DNA of 64,000 nt, from contig CAWFAK010000005.1 of the NCBI GenBank assembly GCA_963813715.1, forward strand, positions 256,001-320,000, given 5' to 3'. Every line of letters begins with the position of its first letter. The first letter of the stretch is position 1. Under the pieces are notes generated by a model that worked only from the letters and a program-made list of their open reading frames with translations, was not told the origin of the DNA and did not search any database. Shown in pieces: positions 28,810 to 41,969 of this stretch. The translations under genes and the position numbers were made by a program. This DNA is from an uncultured Planctomycetaceae bacterium (GTDB lineage Bacteria > Planctomycetota > Planctomycetia > Planctomycetales > Planctomycetaceae).

Positions 28810-30639
28810 CTAGGCGGCCGCGCACTCGGTAAAGCGGCGGTAGAGGCCGGCGTAGACGCCGTCGGCGGCGAGCAAGTCGTAGTGCGTGCCCCGCTCCACG
28901 ATCTGCCCGTGATCGAGCACGAGCACCTGGTCGGCATTGCGGATCGTGCTCAGGCGGTGGGCCACGACGAAGGCGGTCCGTCCGGCCAGCAGCACTTCGA
29001 GGGCACGCTGGATGCGGGCTTCGGTCATGCTGTCGACGCTGCTGGTGGCTTCGTCGAGGATCAGGATCCGCGGATCGGCCAACAGGGCGCGGGCGAAGCA
29101 GACGAGCTGCCGTTGCCCCGACGAAATGCCCACGCCCCGTTCGCCCACGATCGTGTTCAGGCCGTCGGGCAGGCTTTCGACCAGATCCGTGGCATCCAAA
29201 CGGCGGAGCACGTCGTGCAGGTCGGCGTCGGTGGCGTCGGGCCGGCCCACGCGGATGTTGTCGGCGACGGTGCCGCTGAAGAGGAAATTCTGCTGCACGA
29301 CGATGCCCAGCTGCCGATGCAGCGAGTCGGCCGAGACGTCGGTGATGTCGAACTCGTCGATCAAGCAGCCGGCCCGAGCCGGGCAGGTAGAACTTGGCGA
29401 TCAGGTTGATGATGGTCGTTTTGCCGCTGCCCGTTTGGCCGACGAGCGCGATCGTTTGTCCGGCTTCGGCGACGAAGTCGATTTCGCGGAGCACGGGGCG
29501 CTCGGGGTCGTAGGCGAACGAGACCCGCTCGAAGGCGACGCGGCCGCGGATGCGTCCCAGCTCGATTGCGTCGGGCCGGTCGCACCACTCGGGGGGCGAG
29601 TCGAGCAGATTGAACAGCCGCTCGGCGCCGGCCATCGCCGTCAGTGCCTGGTTGTATTGTGTCCCCAAGTTGGAGATCGGGGAGAAAAACATGTTGGCCA
29701 TGAACAGGAAGCCGACCAGGTCGCCGAGCTGCGTGGTGTGTGCAGGAGCCAGGGCCCGCGTCCCGCCGACCAGCAGCAACACGGCGATGAAGAACTGGTT
29801 GTTCAGATCGAGCAGCGGCAGAAACAGTCCGTACGTGCGGAGCACCGTGTAGTTGTAGGCCGAGTGGTCGGTCGCCAGCTCGCGGAACAGGCGGGCGTTC
29901 TCGTCCTGCCGCACGAAGCCCTGCGTCACCCGCACGCCCAGCACCGATTCGGCCAGCGTCGCGGTGACGCGGCTGAACGAATCGCGCATTGCCCGCAACG
30001 ACTCGCTCAGCTTGCGATGAAAGACGTGGTTGATGCCCCACAGCACCGGCGCCAGGCCAAGCACGATCAGAAACAGGAACTTGTCGTACCAGAGCATGAA
30101 AGTCGCGGCGACGGCCATCTGCCCGACCTGCACCAGGCTGACGAACAGCACTTCCTGCACGCCGACGCGGACGTCTTCGATGTCGGACGTCATCCGGCTG
30201 ATGATCCGGCCGACTTTCGTGCGGTGGAAAAAGCTCATCGGCATCCGCTGCAGATGGGTGAAGAGCGCGATCCGCAGGTCGCGGACGACGGCCTCACCCA
30301 GCTCCAGGGCGTAGAGCTGGCGATAGTGCATCACCCACTGCGTCGACAGGGCCAGCACCGTGAAGCCGACGGCTCCCCAGATCACGCCGACGCCGTCGCG
30401 CCGCTGAATGGGGCCGTTGATCACGGCGGCGATCACCCAGGTGAGCGCGGGCAACTGGATCGAGCGGACGATCACCCAAATGCAGAGCCAATTCCGCATC
30501 GAGGCATACGGGCGTGTGTACTGAAATAGCCGGGCGATCAGCCGAAAGTCGAGCGGACGCTGATCGGCTTCGCGATCCTCGTTGCGCGAGAGCTGCGTCA
30601 GGCTGCGGAGAATCGGCCGGCCGGCCGCGGGCGACTCAT
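28810..30639 (-). CDS. ABC transporter permease/ATP-binding subunit (frameshifts ~30600, ~30500, ~29360)
   Basis: FFHRTKVGRIISRMTSD, GQTGSGKTT, ISSGQRQLVCFARA, LILDEATS, AHRLSTI. Confidence 0.9.
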
Positions 30640-32539
30640 GCCGGCACTCTCGTCATTCTGCCGTGGAGTGCTCGTCGTGCCAGCGGCGGGCGTTTCGTTC
30701 ATCAAGTCGGCAAACTGCAGTTCGGCCAGGCGGCGATAGGGGCCGGAGCCCGCCATCAACTCGCTATGAGTGCCCGATTCGACGATGCGTCCCTGCTCCA
30801 GCACGAAGATGCGGTCGGCCCGCCGGAGCGTGCTGATGCGGTTGGACACCAGGATGGTGGTGCGGCCCTCGAGGCGCGTTTTCGATCGCCTGCTGAATCT
30901 CGTGTTCGGTCTCGGCATCGACGGAGGCTGTGGCGTCGTCGAGCAGCAAGATGGGCGGATCGAGCAGCAGGGCCCGCGCGATCGACAGCCGTTGCCGCTG
31001 GCCGCCGGAAAGGTTGGACCCCTGCTCGCCGATCAGCGTCGCGTAGCCGTCGGGCGTTTCGGCGATGAATTCGTGGGCGGCCGCAATCTCGGCGGCGCGG
31101 CGGATTTCGGCTTCGGTCGCGGCCGGGTGTCCGAAGGCGATATTCGCCTCGATCGTGTTGCTGAAGAGAAAGTTTTCCTGGAAGACGATGCCGATGTTCC
31201 GCCGCAGGTCGTCGAGATCGAGCCGGCGGACGTCGACGCCGTCGAGCAGGACGTTGCCACCTTGCACGTCGTAATAACGCGGCACGAGGTTGAGCAACGT
31301 GCTCTTGCCGGAGCCCGTTTCGCCGACCACGCCCACGCATTCGCCGGGGGCGATCTCCAGGCACAGATCGTCGAAGACGGGCTCGCCGGTTTTATAGGCG
31401 AAGCGGACGTGTTCGAAGCGGATCGATCCGCGAGCCCGTTCGAGTCGCACCGGATGCAGCGGACTGAGGATTTCGAGGGGAGCGTCGAGCACTTCGAATA
31501 CGCGTTGGGCCCCCGTGATGCTGGTCTGGATGCTGTTGGCGATGTTCGTGATCTGCCCGACCTGGTTGGCGAACTCGTAGAGCAAGTTGGCAAAGACGAA
31601 CAGGCCGGCCCCCAGCGCCAGCTGTCCCGTCACCACCAAGTGGCCGCCGTAGCCCAACAGCACGATCATGTTGATCTGCGTCATGAACCCGGTGATCGGC
31701 TGGAAGATGGCCAGCTTATGAAAGATGCCGTATTTCTGATCGCAGATGGCCCGGTTGGCCGCGGAGAATTTTTCGACCTCTTGCGATTCGCGGGCGAACC
31801 CTTTGACGACCGAGATGCCTTGCACGTTTTCGACCAGCGTGAGGACCATGCGGTCGACCAGCTCGCCCCCTTTGATGTATTCCGGCTGCACGATCCGCGA
31901 GAACCGCGCCGCGGCCCACCACAAGAAGGGCGACGTCGCCAGGCAAACCAGCGTCAGCGGCACGTGCATCGACCACATGTAGGCCACGTACACGCCCAGC
32001 GAAAGCACGACCGTCAGCACTTTGACGATCACGCCGTCGACGAACTGGCGGACAGCGTTCACGTCGCCCGCGGCCCGATTAATGATCGAGCTGCTCTGGC
32101 TGCGGTCGAAGAAGCGGAAGCTGAGCCGCTGCAGCTTGTCGTAAACGTCGGAGCGCAGCTGCACGAGCACCCGCTGGCTGAGCGCGGCGACGGCGATTGC
32201 TGCGGCATACCGCAGCGTGGCCGTGAGCATGGCGACCAGCAGGATGCAGCCGGCGATCAATTCCAGGACGTGCGTGCTCGACCAGTCGTGGGCGAAGCCG
32301 AACGCCGCCGGCAGATGGCGGGGCGTCACCGGGCTACGCAGCTCCTGGCCGATGAAGTCGATACCGACGCCCGTCAGTCCCAGTCCGGCGAGGCTGGAGG
32401 CCACCACAATGATTTGCAGCACGACGACCTGCGTGCAGCCCCAGCGGTAGCGCCACGTTAACGCGAGCATGCGGGAGATGAGCGACCAATTGGACGGCGG
32501 CTCGATGCTCGCAAGGGCGGACGGATCCGAAGTCGGCAT
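30598..32539 (-). CDS. ABC transporter permease/ATP-binding subunit (frameshift ~30875)
   Basis: LQRLSFRFFD, GETGSGKST, LSGGQRQRLSIARA, LLLDDATAS (degenerate Walker B), SNRISTL; probable heterodimer partner of the adjacent gene. Confidence 0.9.
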
Positions 32540-32739
32540 GATCTCTACGGGGGGTGGCGGAGACTAAAAGTCGTATCCTAGGGATTGCCCGAACTTCGAC
32601 AACATCGAATCTCCCGAGGGTCCGCGGTCTTCTCAGCTTTTTAAGAAAGGCACCTACGCGACGTACCGGTAGAAGCTGTCCGCACTCACCGAAAGGCGTG
32701 ACTTTGCCGCGAGAGCCTACGCATCGGCGGCAAACTTGC

Positions 32740-32876
32740 TGCCAAATCGGCAGAGTCGGTGGACAATCCGAGCGAGACTTGGCAAATTGGCAGATTCCCC
32801 GACAGGAAGCTCAACGCTCTAATTTCCGCGGGCACTGGAACTTACGGTTCTGTGAGCACTTAGGCACACGGTTCGC
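32740..32876 (+). promoter_or_regulatory. sigma-54-like promoter with two upstream palindromic sites
   Basis: TGCCAAATCGGCA (32740-32752) and TGGCAAATTGGCA (32780-32792); AGGCACACGGTTCGC has GG-N10-GC at 32863/32875. Confidence 0.55.
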
Positions 32877-32965
32877 GATGCTCCCCACCCGTTAGATACT
32901 CTCGCTGCACTTTCCAAGCGCGCCCGGCAGCCACGGGCCGCTTGCCGTCATCCTAGGAGAAGCTG

Positions 32966-33292
32966 ATGAGCGCTACGACGAAGAAGGCCGGCAAAGAAAA
33001 GACCTCGACTCGGATTGTTCCCTTGGGCGACCGGGTGGTGCTGAAGCGAGCCAGCGCCGAGGGCAAGACCAAGGGGGGCATCGTGCTTCCGGATACCGCC
33101 AAGGACAAGCCGCAGAAGGGCGAAGTGATCGCGGTCGGCGATGGCTACATCCGCGATGACGGCTCCCGCGTTCCGCTCACCGTGAAGGAAGGCGACGACG
33201 TCATTTTCAGCGCTTACGGCGGCGAGGAAATCCGCGTCGGCGAGGAAGAGTATCTGCTGCTCCGCGAGAGCGACATTTTGGCGACCTTCTAA
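32966..33292 (+). CDS. groES: co-chaperonin GroES
   Basis: [47 protein letters not shown]. Confidence 0.97.
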   Translation: MSATTKKAGKEKTSTRIVPLGDRVVLKRASAEGKTKGGIVLPDTAKDKPQKGEVIAVGDGYIRDDGSRVPLTVKEGDDVIFSAYGGEEIRVGEEEYLLLRESDILATF

Positions 33293-33467
33293 TAAGTCGG
33301 CGCACGCCGTTCGACCGCGCTCTGACGGCTTCTCGACTGCGAGAGTCTCGACTGTGAAAGATTCCCGACCCGGCGCCTGTGATGCGGCCCAGTCGGTGCG
33401 AATAACGTCCCCCGTATAAAACACGCCCGGCCCCCCGGGATCAACGAATCTGAGGAGTGAGAGTTCC

Positions 33468-35084
<1,617 letters not shown>

Positions 35085-35116
35085 TTCCTAACCTGGCGCA
35101 AGCCAGTCTCCATATC

Positions 35117-35155
35117 GAAGACGCCCGGGTCACAAGCCCGGGCGTTTTCGTTTTT
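35117..35155 (+). terminator. rho-independent terminator after groEL
   Basis: ACGCCCGGG-tcacaag-CCCGGGCGT followed by TTTCGTTTTT. Confidence 0.85.
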
Positions 35156-35274
35156 GGGGACACGCGAAGCGAAACAGCTCCATGTTATCATCAGGGCGAG
35201 CGGCCGGTGTCAGCCGGCCGGTTCTTGACCTTGGGCTCACGTTCCGACCCCTTTCGCTTGGAACCCGCGCCACC

Positions 35275-35472
35275 ATGTCGAACAACAATTTCAAACCCCG
35301 CAAGTTCGAGGACTTTGAAATCGTCGACCCCGACGGGCTCGTTGTCGGACACATCCGCGTCAAACCCAGCGGCGTCCTGTGGGCCCGGGCGAATTCCAAG
35401 GTCTGGCACGGCGTGGGCCTCAATCGCTTCGCGCAGTTCATGGAAGCCCGGGGCCGCAAGCAAAAGAAGTGA
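35275..35472 (+). CDS. small hypothetical protein (65 aa)
   Basis: MSNNNFKPRKFEDFEIVD..; GC3-rich codons. Confidence 0.6.
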   Translation: MSNNNFKPRKFEDFEIVDPDGLVVGHIRVKPSGVLWARANSKVWHGVGLNRFAQFMEARGRKQKK

Positions 35473-35684
35473 TCGTGGCCAGCCGCATCGCGATCCAAAT
35501 CGCGAAACCGCGCCGGCCAGAGATTTTTCTTTGAACGGCCCTCGTACGGCTGTAGAATCGCGCAGTCGTTTTTCCCGCGGTGTTTGCCGAGCTTGATTTT
35601 CCCTCTTTCGGACGCCCATTCCGACGTCAGTTGTCCGCGCATCACAGCCGCCGCGCAGTTACTGCGCGAGAGAAGGTCGCCCGC

Positions 35685-36614
35685 ATGAAGCAGGTTGCAT
35701 GCACCGAATGCCAGCAGCTGGCCCCGATCGGCGAGACGTTGCTCGTTAAGCAGCAGCACGTCTGCAGCTCGTGCGTCGAGGGTGTGCTGGCGCAGGCCGC
35801 CGAAAAGGGCATTACCAAGAACGACGTCTTCCGTGCCAGCGACCCGACCGTCTGCACGCAGTGCAAGGCGGACAACGGCGCCGAGGAACTGCCACATCTG
35901 GCAGGAATGCCAGTTTGTGCCACATGTGAAGACCGTTTCCGAAACCGGCCTTATCCCACCTGGCTGAAACTGGCGTTCATCGGCCTGCTGACGCTGGCCG
36001 TCTTTTCGTTCGGGTGGAATTGGCGGTTCCTGGCGGCGACGCGGGAAATCCACCAGATGCAACGCGCTCTCCTCAAGCAGGACTTCGAAAGAGCGGCCAA
36101 CTTTGCCGACCAGGCTAGCCGTCACGTCCCCGAGATTCCCGAGTTCGCGGGAATGGCCGCGTTCAATCATGGCCTCGATGCGCTCGCGAAAGACCAAGCG
36201 GCGCAGGCGGTCGATTACCTGAGGAAAGCCAAGCAGAGTCCGAACAGCGGACAACTGCCCGACGTCGATCTTTTCTTGCTCCGGGCGGAAGCGATCGCGG
36301 CATTCGACGCCAAGCAGTACGACGACTATCTCGCCAAAGCCAAGGCTCTGATCGGGCGGACGCCCGGCGACTCGAGCGCGGTGGCGATGGTCGCGTCAGC
36401 CTATGCGTGCAAGTATGCGGTCACCGGGAACGAGGAATTTCGCAACGAGGCCCTCAAGAATTTGGAGCGGGCCGCCAAGATGGCGGGCAAGGATCCGGAC
36501 GCGGCCAACTATCGCGAGCGCATTCTTTACCGGATCGACACTCGCGAGATCCTGACCCGCAAGGAATTCGAGCGCCGCTTTCCCCACGGTTACCAGCCCA
36601 AGGCAAAGCCATGA
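35685..36614 (+). CDS. zinc-finger + TM + TPR-like protein
   Basis: four CxxC pairs, TM WLKLAFIGLLTLAVFSFGW, helical TPR-like C-terminus. Confidence 0.75.
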   Translation: MKQVACTECQQLAPIGETLLVKQQHVCSSCVEGVLAQAAEKGITKNDVFRASDPTVCTQCKADNGAEELPHLAGMPVCATCEDRFRNRPYPTWLKLAFIGLLTLAVFSFGWNWRFLAATREIHQMQRALLKQDFERAANFADQASRHVPEIPEFAGMAAFNHGLDALAKDQAAQAVDYLRKAKQSPNSGQLPDVDLFLLRAEAIAAFDAKQYDDYLAKAKALIGRTPGDSSAVAMVASAYACKYAVTGNEEFRNEALKNLERAAKMAGKDPDAANYRERILYRIDTREILTRKEFERRFPHGYQPKAKP

Positions 36615-37147
36615 TCATCATTCCCGGCTTTCTGATCGCGCTGGTGACCTTTCCCGGCGTGATCGTGCACGAAGCGGCCCATCTCTTCTTTTGCAAGCTG
36701 CGCCGGGTCGCCGTCTTCGACGTCTGCTACTTTCGCATCGGCAATCCGTCTGGCTACGTGATCCACGAAGTGCCCGACAGTTTCACCTCGTCGTTTCTGA
36801 TCGCGGTCGGGCCGTTCATCATCAATTCGTTCTTGTGTGTTTTGTTTTGCTTCCCGGCGCTGGTGCCGGTGCGGATGTTCAATCAACCGGATCCCCTCTG
36901 TTACTTTCTGATCTGGCTGGGAATCTCGATCGGCATGCACGCCTTCCCGTCGACGCAGGATGCCAAAGTGCTCTGGCAGCAGGCCAAGAAGGCTGCCGCC
37001 AAATTCAATCCGCTGGCCCTGTTGAGTTTTCCGCTCGTGATCCTGATCTACATCGCCAATCTGCTGCGGATCCTCTGGGCGGATTACCTCTACGGATTCG
37101 CGATTGGCTTTGTGATTCCGGAGATGATCCTCAACCGGATGCTTTGA
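36611..37147 (+). CDS. membrane metalloprotease-like protein (HExxH; DUF3267/M50-like)
   Basis: FPGVIVHEAAH, GYVIHE, IAVGPF, MHAFPSTQD; ATGA overlap with the upstream gene. Confidence 0.75.
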   Translation: MIIIPGFLIALVTFPGVIVHEAAHLFFCKLRRVAVFDVCYFRIGNPSGYVIHEVPDSFTSSFLIAVGPFIINSFLCVLFCFPALVPVRMFNQPDPLCYFLIWLGISIGMHAFPSTQDAKVLWQQAKKAAAKFNPLALLSFPLVILIYIANLLRILWADYLYGFAIGFVIPEMILNRML

Positions 37148-37275
37148 GCGAAAGTGGCCCGTTGAGCCCGCTGAGCCGCGATTGGCATTCCTTGACCCGA
37201 TGCGGCGGCCGCCGTCACAATCGAGCCTGACGCCGCGGTCGATCAATACGCACCCTTTTCGGGGACGATGGTTCT

Positions 37276-38655
37276 ATGATTCGCAGCTTGTTGGCAGCCT
37301 GCATGCTTTTGGGATTGGCGGTCAGCGCCGCGGTGTCGACCCCGGCCTACGCCGACAACTGGCCGCAGTGGCGTGGTCCGCACAACAACGGAGTCTGCGA
37401 AGAAAAGAACTTGCCGACCAAGTTCGACAAGGCGCTCAATCTCGCCTGGCGATTTCCCCTGCCGGGGCCGGCGAGTTCGACGCCCGTGATCTGGGGCGAC
37501 CACATCTATCTCACCAGTCCCGAAAAGGACACGCTCCCTCGTTTTAAACAGGGACCGCAGGGTCGGGGGCGGGGCGGTCGCGGGGGCAGACGGGGGCAAG
37601 CCGAGCAGCAGGATTTGTTGCTGATGTGCCTGAGCACCGACGGGCACGAACTGTGGCGCCACGCCGTCGGGCACAGCAACCGCAACGTGATGATGGACGA
37701 AGGCAACCTCTGTTCGCCGTCGCCGGTCACCGATGGCGAGCACGTGTGGACGTTGATGGGCACGGGCAACCTGGCTTGCTATGACGCGAGCGGCAAGGAG
37801 GTCTGGAAACTCGACCTCGAGGCCAAGTACGGCCCGTTCAAATACAGCTATGGGCTCGCCTCCACGCCGTTGCTCGATGGCGATCGCCTGTATTTTCAAT
37901 TCATTCACGGCCAACAGACGACGCATCCGACGAACGAGGGGTTTGTGCTCGCGCTCGACAAGGCCACGGGCAAAGAAATTTGGAAGCAGATGCGGATCAC
38001 CGACGGCTATCGGGAGAACCAGCACTCCTACGCGTCGCCCATGATTTACGACGACGGCAAGATGCGTCTGCTGTTGACCCACGGCGACGACTACATCATC
38101 GCGCATCGGCTCGACACGGGGAAAGAAGTCTGGCGCTGCGGTGGCATCAACCCCAAGGAAAACTACAACGAAACGCTCCGCCTGGTGGCATCACCGGCGG
38201 TCGAAGACGGAACGATCATCGTTCCCTCCGCGAAGCGCGGCCCCGTGATTGCCCTCCGCGGCGAGGGCAGCGGCGACATCACCGGGTCGAAGGACTTTCA
38301 AATCTGGAAACGGTCGCGGGGAACTCCTGACGTTCCCTCTCCGCTGATTCACGACGGGCTCGTCTACCTCGACGGCGAGATGGGCGTCCTCACCGTGGTC
38401 GACGCGAAGAGCGGCGACGAAATCTATCAGAAGCACACGGTCGACGTGCGACATCGGGCGTCGCCTGTTTACGCTGACGGCAAGGTCTATCTGACGTCGC
38501 ACGAAGGCGACGTGACCGTGATCGCAGCGGGCCGCCATTACAAGCTGCTCGAAAAGAACGAGCTGGGCGAAACGATCTCCGCGTCGCCGGCCATTTCCAA
38601 CGGGCGAATTTACTTCCGCACGTACGACGCGCTCTGGGCCGTCGGATCGAAGTAG
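37276..38655 (+). CDS. PQQ-binding-like beta-propeller (BamB-like) secreted protein
   Basis: ADNWPQWRGP, SSTPVIWGD, SPSPVTDG, SYASP, PDVPSP, ASPAISNGRIYFRT. Confidence 0.92.
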   Translation: MIRSLLAACMLLGLAVSAAVSTPAYADNWPQWRGPHNNGVCEEKNLPTKFDKALNLAWRFPLPGPASSTPVIWGDHIYLTSPEKDTLPRFKQGPQGRGRGGRGGRRGQAEQQDLLLMCLSTDGHELWRHAVGHSNRNVMMDEGNLCSPSPVTDGEHVWTLMGTGNLACYDASGKEVWKLDLEAKYGPFKYSYGLASTPLLDGDRLYFQFIHGQQTTHPTNEGFVLALDKATGKEIWKQMRITDGYRENQHSYASPMIYDDGKMRLLLTHGDDYIIAHRLDTGKEVWRCGGINPKENYNETLRLVASPAVEDGTIIVPSAKRGPVIALRGEGSGDITGSKDFQIWKRSRGTPDVPSPLIHDGLVYLDGEMGVLTVVDAKSGDEIYQKHTVDVRHRASPVYADGKVYLTSHEGDVTVIAAGRHYKLLEKNELGETISASPAISNGRIYFRTYDALWAVGSK

Positions 38656-38938
38656 TCTTCGCGATTGGCGCGAGACTCGCGGCGTGTCGGCGGCAAATTG
38701 CAGAGCGCGAATGATCGTCCGCGCGCGAAGCGTTCGCAAGCTGTGGGCAGTTTCTGCGCACTGGCCTGCTGTTGGCTGAGGATTGGCTGACGCATGTCTG
38801 CTTTTTAACGCGGTGCGCGGGCACTGTGGCTCCGATCGGCGACATTCGCCTTTGCACCCCTTGCCGCCAGTGATACACTCCGACCCCTCTCCCAAATTCC
38901 CTGTCAATTCCAGTTCTGTTCGTCCGGAGTCGTCTCTC

Positions 38939-39586
38939 ATGCTGGGGACCAGTCTGACGTTGTCTCAATATCTCGCTCGCACCAGCGCCGAATTCGCGGG
39001 GATCGAAACGTCCGCCGTCGAACGTCTGGCCGTCGAGATTCATTCAGCCTACGAAGAGGGACGCTTCGTGTTCCTCTGCGGCAACGGCGGAAGCGGAGCC
39101 AACGCATCGCACATTTGCGAGGACCTGGCCAAGTCGACTCTCGAGCGGACCGACTACTCCGATCCGGCACGCAAGCGGCTCAAGATCGTCAGCCTCACCG
39201 ACAACGTGGCGGCAATTCTGGCCTGGGGCAACGACGAAGGATTCGAGAGCGTCTTCGTCGAGCAACTCAAGAACCTGGCCTCCGCCGACGACATGCTCAT
39301 CGCCATTAGCGGCAGCGGAAACAGCGTGAATGTGCTCAACGCCACCGATTGGGCCAACCATGCCCGTCTGCGCACCTGGGGAATCACCGGCTACGACGGG
39401 GGCAAGCTCCGCGATCTGGCCCAGGAGTCGGTTCACATCCCCCTCAACGACATGGGCCTGGTCGAGTCGATCCACCTCTTGCTCTTCCATTGGGTTCTCG
39501 ACGACGTGCACGCGCGGATTTACTCCAAGGGACGCCACGCCCAAGCGCCCCGCCGCTCGTCGTCGGCGCGGCGAAAAGTCGCCTGA
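38939..39586 (+). CDS. SIS-domain protein, phosphoheptose isomerase (GmhA)-like
   Basis: CGNGGSGANASH, AWGNDEGFESVFVEQL, ISGSGNS, TGYDGGKL, VESIH. Confidence 0.88.
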   Translation: MLGTSLTLSQYLARTSAEFAGIETSAVERLAVEIHSAYEEGRFVFLCGNGGSGANASHICEDLAKSTLERTDYSDPARKRLKIVSLTDNVAAILAWGNDEGFESVFVEQLKNLASADDMLIAISGSGNSVNVLNATDWANHARLRTWGITGYDGGKLRDLAQESVHIPLNDMGLVESIHLLLFHWVLDDVHARIYSKGRHAQAPRRSSSARRKVA

Positions 39587-39615
39587 GAGCGCGGCAAAGG
39601 ACGAGCAGAAGAGGC

Positions 39616-40548
39616 TCAGTCGAGGTGCTTCTTCCGGATCGGCTCGTTCTCGCGGTCGGCCTCGCGCCTTGCGCGGGAATCGCGAACGCTGCGCGCAACC
39701 CGCTCGAGCACCTGCTGAGCCCGCCGTTCGCCATCCGAGCCGGCAAACTGCAGCGCGGTTGTCATGTTGGTCTGCAGGATCTGCAGTCGCTTGCGATGAG
39801 ACTCGAAGTTGCGCTGAATCTGGAGCAAGTTGTCCACCGGGCGGCGCGGCAGCACGATTTGATCGTACGTGCTGTGGAACCATTCGCGTTTGCCAGCGTT
39901 GCTGGTTTCGCCGGTATCGTGCTCCTTGATAAATCGGACCAGCTTTGCGGCACTGTCTTTGAGCCAGCGACGGGCTTCCTGCCAGTCGTTCTTGGCCTGG
40001 CGATCGCCGTGCATCCGCTCCTCGGGTGAGAGGTCCCGGTCCAAGGTCGTGACCCGAGTCAGCATCCCCGAAAGCTGTTTTCGCAGCAGGACCAGTTGTT
40101 TTTCGAGCAGCAGGCTCAGGGTCCAGTCGGTGTCGATCTGGTCGAAGACGTGTGCGAGTTCGGCCCCCGCGGCCGCTGGTGGCAGAGCATTGGCGGCGGG
40201 CTGCGGTGGGAGGTCCGCCACGTAGACGCAAATCTCCGGTTCGGCACCGACAGCGAGCGGTGGAATCGGCAGGTCCAAGACGGCGGGCAAGCCGCGCACG
40301 TCGACGGGAGTGCCGTAAACCGTCCAGCCGGTCACCTGACCCGGATCGATACTTGCTGCGTCCAACAACTGCCGGGCGGTCACCCCGGGCAGCCCATGTC
40401 CTGCTGGAAAGGTCTGCTCGGGCAGCCGGAGAACGACACAGTCGGGCGCCGTCGGCGGTTTAAACCAGGCCCAACAGAAACCGGCTTGCGATCCGGGCAG
40501 CGGAGTCTGTTCCCACTGAGTTGATGCTGGCCGCACCGCGAAAGACAT
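39616..40548 (-). CDS. hypothetical protein with helical/coiled-coil C-terminus
   Basis: 310-aa ORF with plausible codon bias; no family recognised. Confidence 0.7.
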   Translation of the reverse strand: MSFAVRPASTQWEQTPLPGSQAGFCWAWFKPPTAPDCVVLRLPEQTFPAGHGLPGVTARQLLDAASIDPGQVTGWTVYGTPVDVRGLPAVLDLPIPPLAVGAEPEICVYVADLPPQPAANALPPAAAGAELAHVFDQIDTDWTLSLLLEKQLVLLRKQLSGMLTRVTTLDRDLSPEERMHGDRQAKNDWQEARRWLKDSAAKLVRFIKEHDTGETSNAGKREWFHSTYDQIVLPRRPVDNLLQIQRNFESHRKRLQILQTNMTTALQFAGSDGERRAQQVLERVARSVRDSRARREADRENEPIRKKHLD

Positions 40549-40682
40549 GACTGGTCTTATAACCTTGAACCGCTGGGATGTGCTAAGAACTGTCCGTCGA
40601 CGAACTGCGCGAAGACGGCCGCGCCACGAGAATTTGTCTAAACTACCAGCGAATTGGCGTGAAAACTCGAACTGGTGCGATT

Positions 40683-41932
40683 ATGGCTGAAAGCAGGCCG
40701 AAACATCGCGAGTCGGCAATCTCAGGGGACCAAGCGGCCGGGCTTCCGGTGTCGGCTTTGCTCTCGCAGGCTCTGGTCGCATTCACGATCGAGTTCGATA
40801 ACGACTTCGAGCTGCGGATGCATAACGCGGGCTTTCCCGGCTCGCGGCTGTCGTTGGTGGTCTGGGCGAACCTGATGCGGTTTCTTTGCGATGGCGAGCG
40901 CTCCGTCAGCGATCTTGCGCGAGACGCTCTTACCTCGCCGGAGCGGCTCAAACATCAGCTCGGATGCCTGGAACGCTGGGGATTCATTGTTACCCATCCG
41001 AATCCGGATGCCGTCCGTCCGACGCCGAAGGCGCGAAGCGACACGTCGGCACCCGTCGCGACGGCTTCGGCAGTGGCCGCGGGATCCGCGGGGATTGGAT
41101 CGTTCGCCTCGCGCCGGCAGGCCAGAAAGCAGCAGAGATTTGGAAGCCACTGTCTAGGGAAATCGAAGGACGCTGGGAGGCGAGATTCGGCAAACGGCAA
41201 ATCGATGGATTGCGGAGCCCGCTGCGAGCAGTCGTCGACAAAGTTGAGTTTGAACTGCCACACGGGCTGCCGCCCACTTTGTTGGGGGTCGAGACGTTTC
41301 CGCCCCGCGTCGTGCGCGACACGGCCCAGCTCTCGTTGCCGGCACTCTTGTCGCGGGCACTGCTGGCGTTCGCAATCGAGTTCGAGCGCGAATCGATCGC
41401 GCCTCTCGAGCTGAGTGCCAACGTACTGCGGGTTTTGGGTAAGACGCCGATCCGGCTCGCGGAGCTTCCGCGCCTCACCGGCGGCTCGCCCGAACAAACG
41501 GACATCGGTTGGCAACTCAAACCCTACGTTGTGATTGAACCGGATCCAACCGGGAGTCGGGGAAAGGTGGTTAGACTGTCGCCGCGGGGGCTTGCGGCTC
41601 GACAGATTTATCGTGAACTCACGGTGGCAATCGAGAATCGCTGGGAGAAGAGAGTCGGCACGAAAGAGATCGGAAGCCTCCGACGCTCGCTTGCTGATCT
41701 CCTGGATCGGCGCCGTGGAAACCGGTCACTGCTGTCGCAAGGACTCGTTCCCCCAGCAGGTGTGGCGCGAGCCGGCGCCTCAGTGCCGTCGCTCGGCCGG
41801 CGGAAAGTCGGAGTCGCGGCGCGGAAGCGGCTGCGCGAGCTTGCGATCCAAACCGAAGACTTTGTCCGCGATCCAGTAGGCACCCTGCCGCATTATCCGA
41901 TGTGGGACATGAACCGGGGATTCGGTCCCTAA
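40683..41932 (+). CDS. protein with two MarR-like winged-helix modules (frameshift ~41035)
   Basis: internal duplication LSQALVAFTIEFD / LSRALLAFAIEFE, each followed by HTH and VRL(A/S)PxG..IExRWE. Confidence 0.65.
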
Positions 41933-41969
41933 GACCCGCCCGCCCACCACAAAGCTACTTCGATCGCGG

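Noticed and set aside
32853..32880. CIRCE element upstream of groES
   Set aside because: Only a half-site-like TGAGCACT is present; there is no GAGTGCTAA arm 9 nt later.
37550..37600. RGG-rich insert in the PQQ-propeller protein as an RNA-binding motif
   Set aside because: The protein is secreted, and the insert is a short low-complexity loop with no further support.
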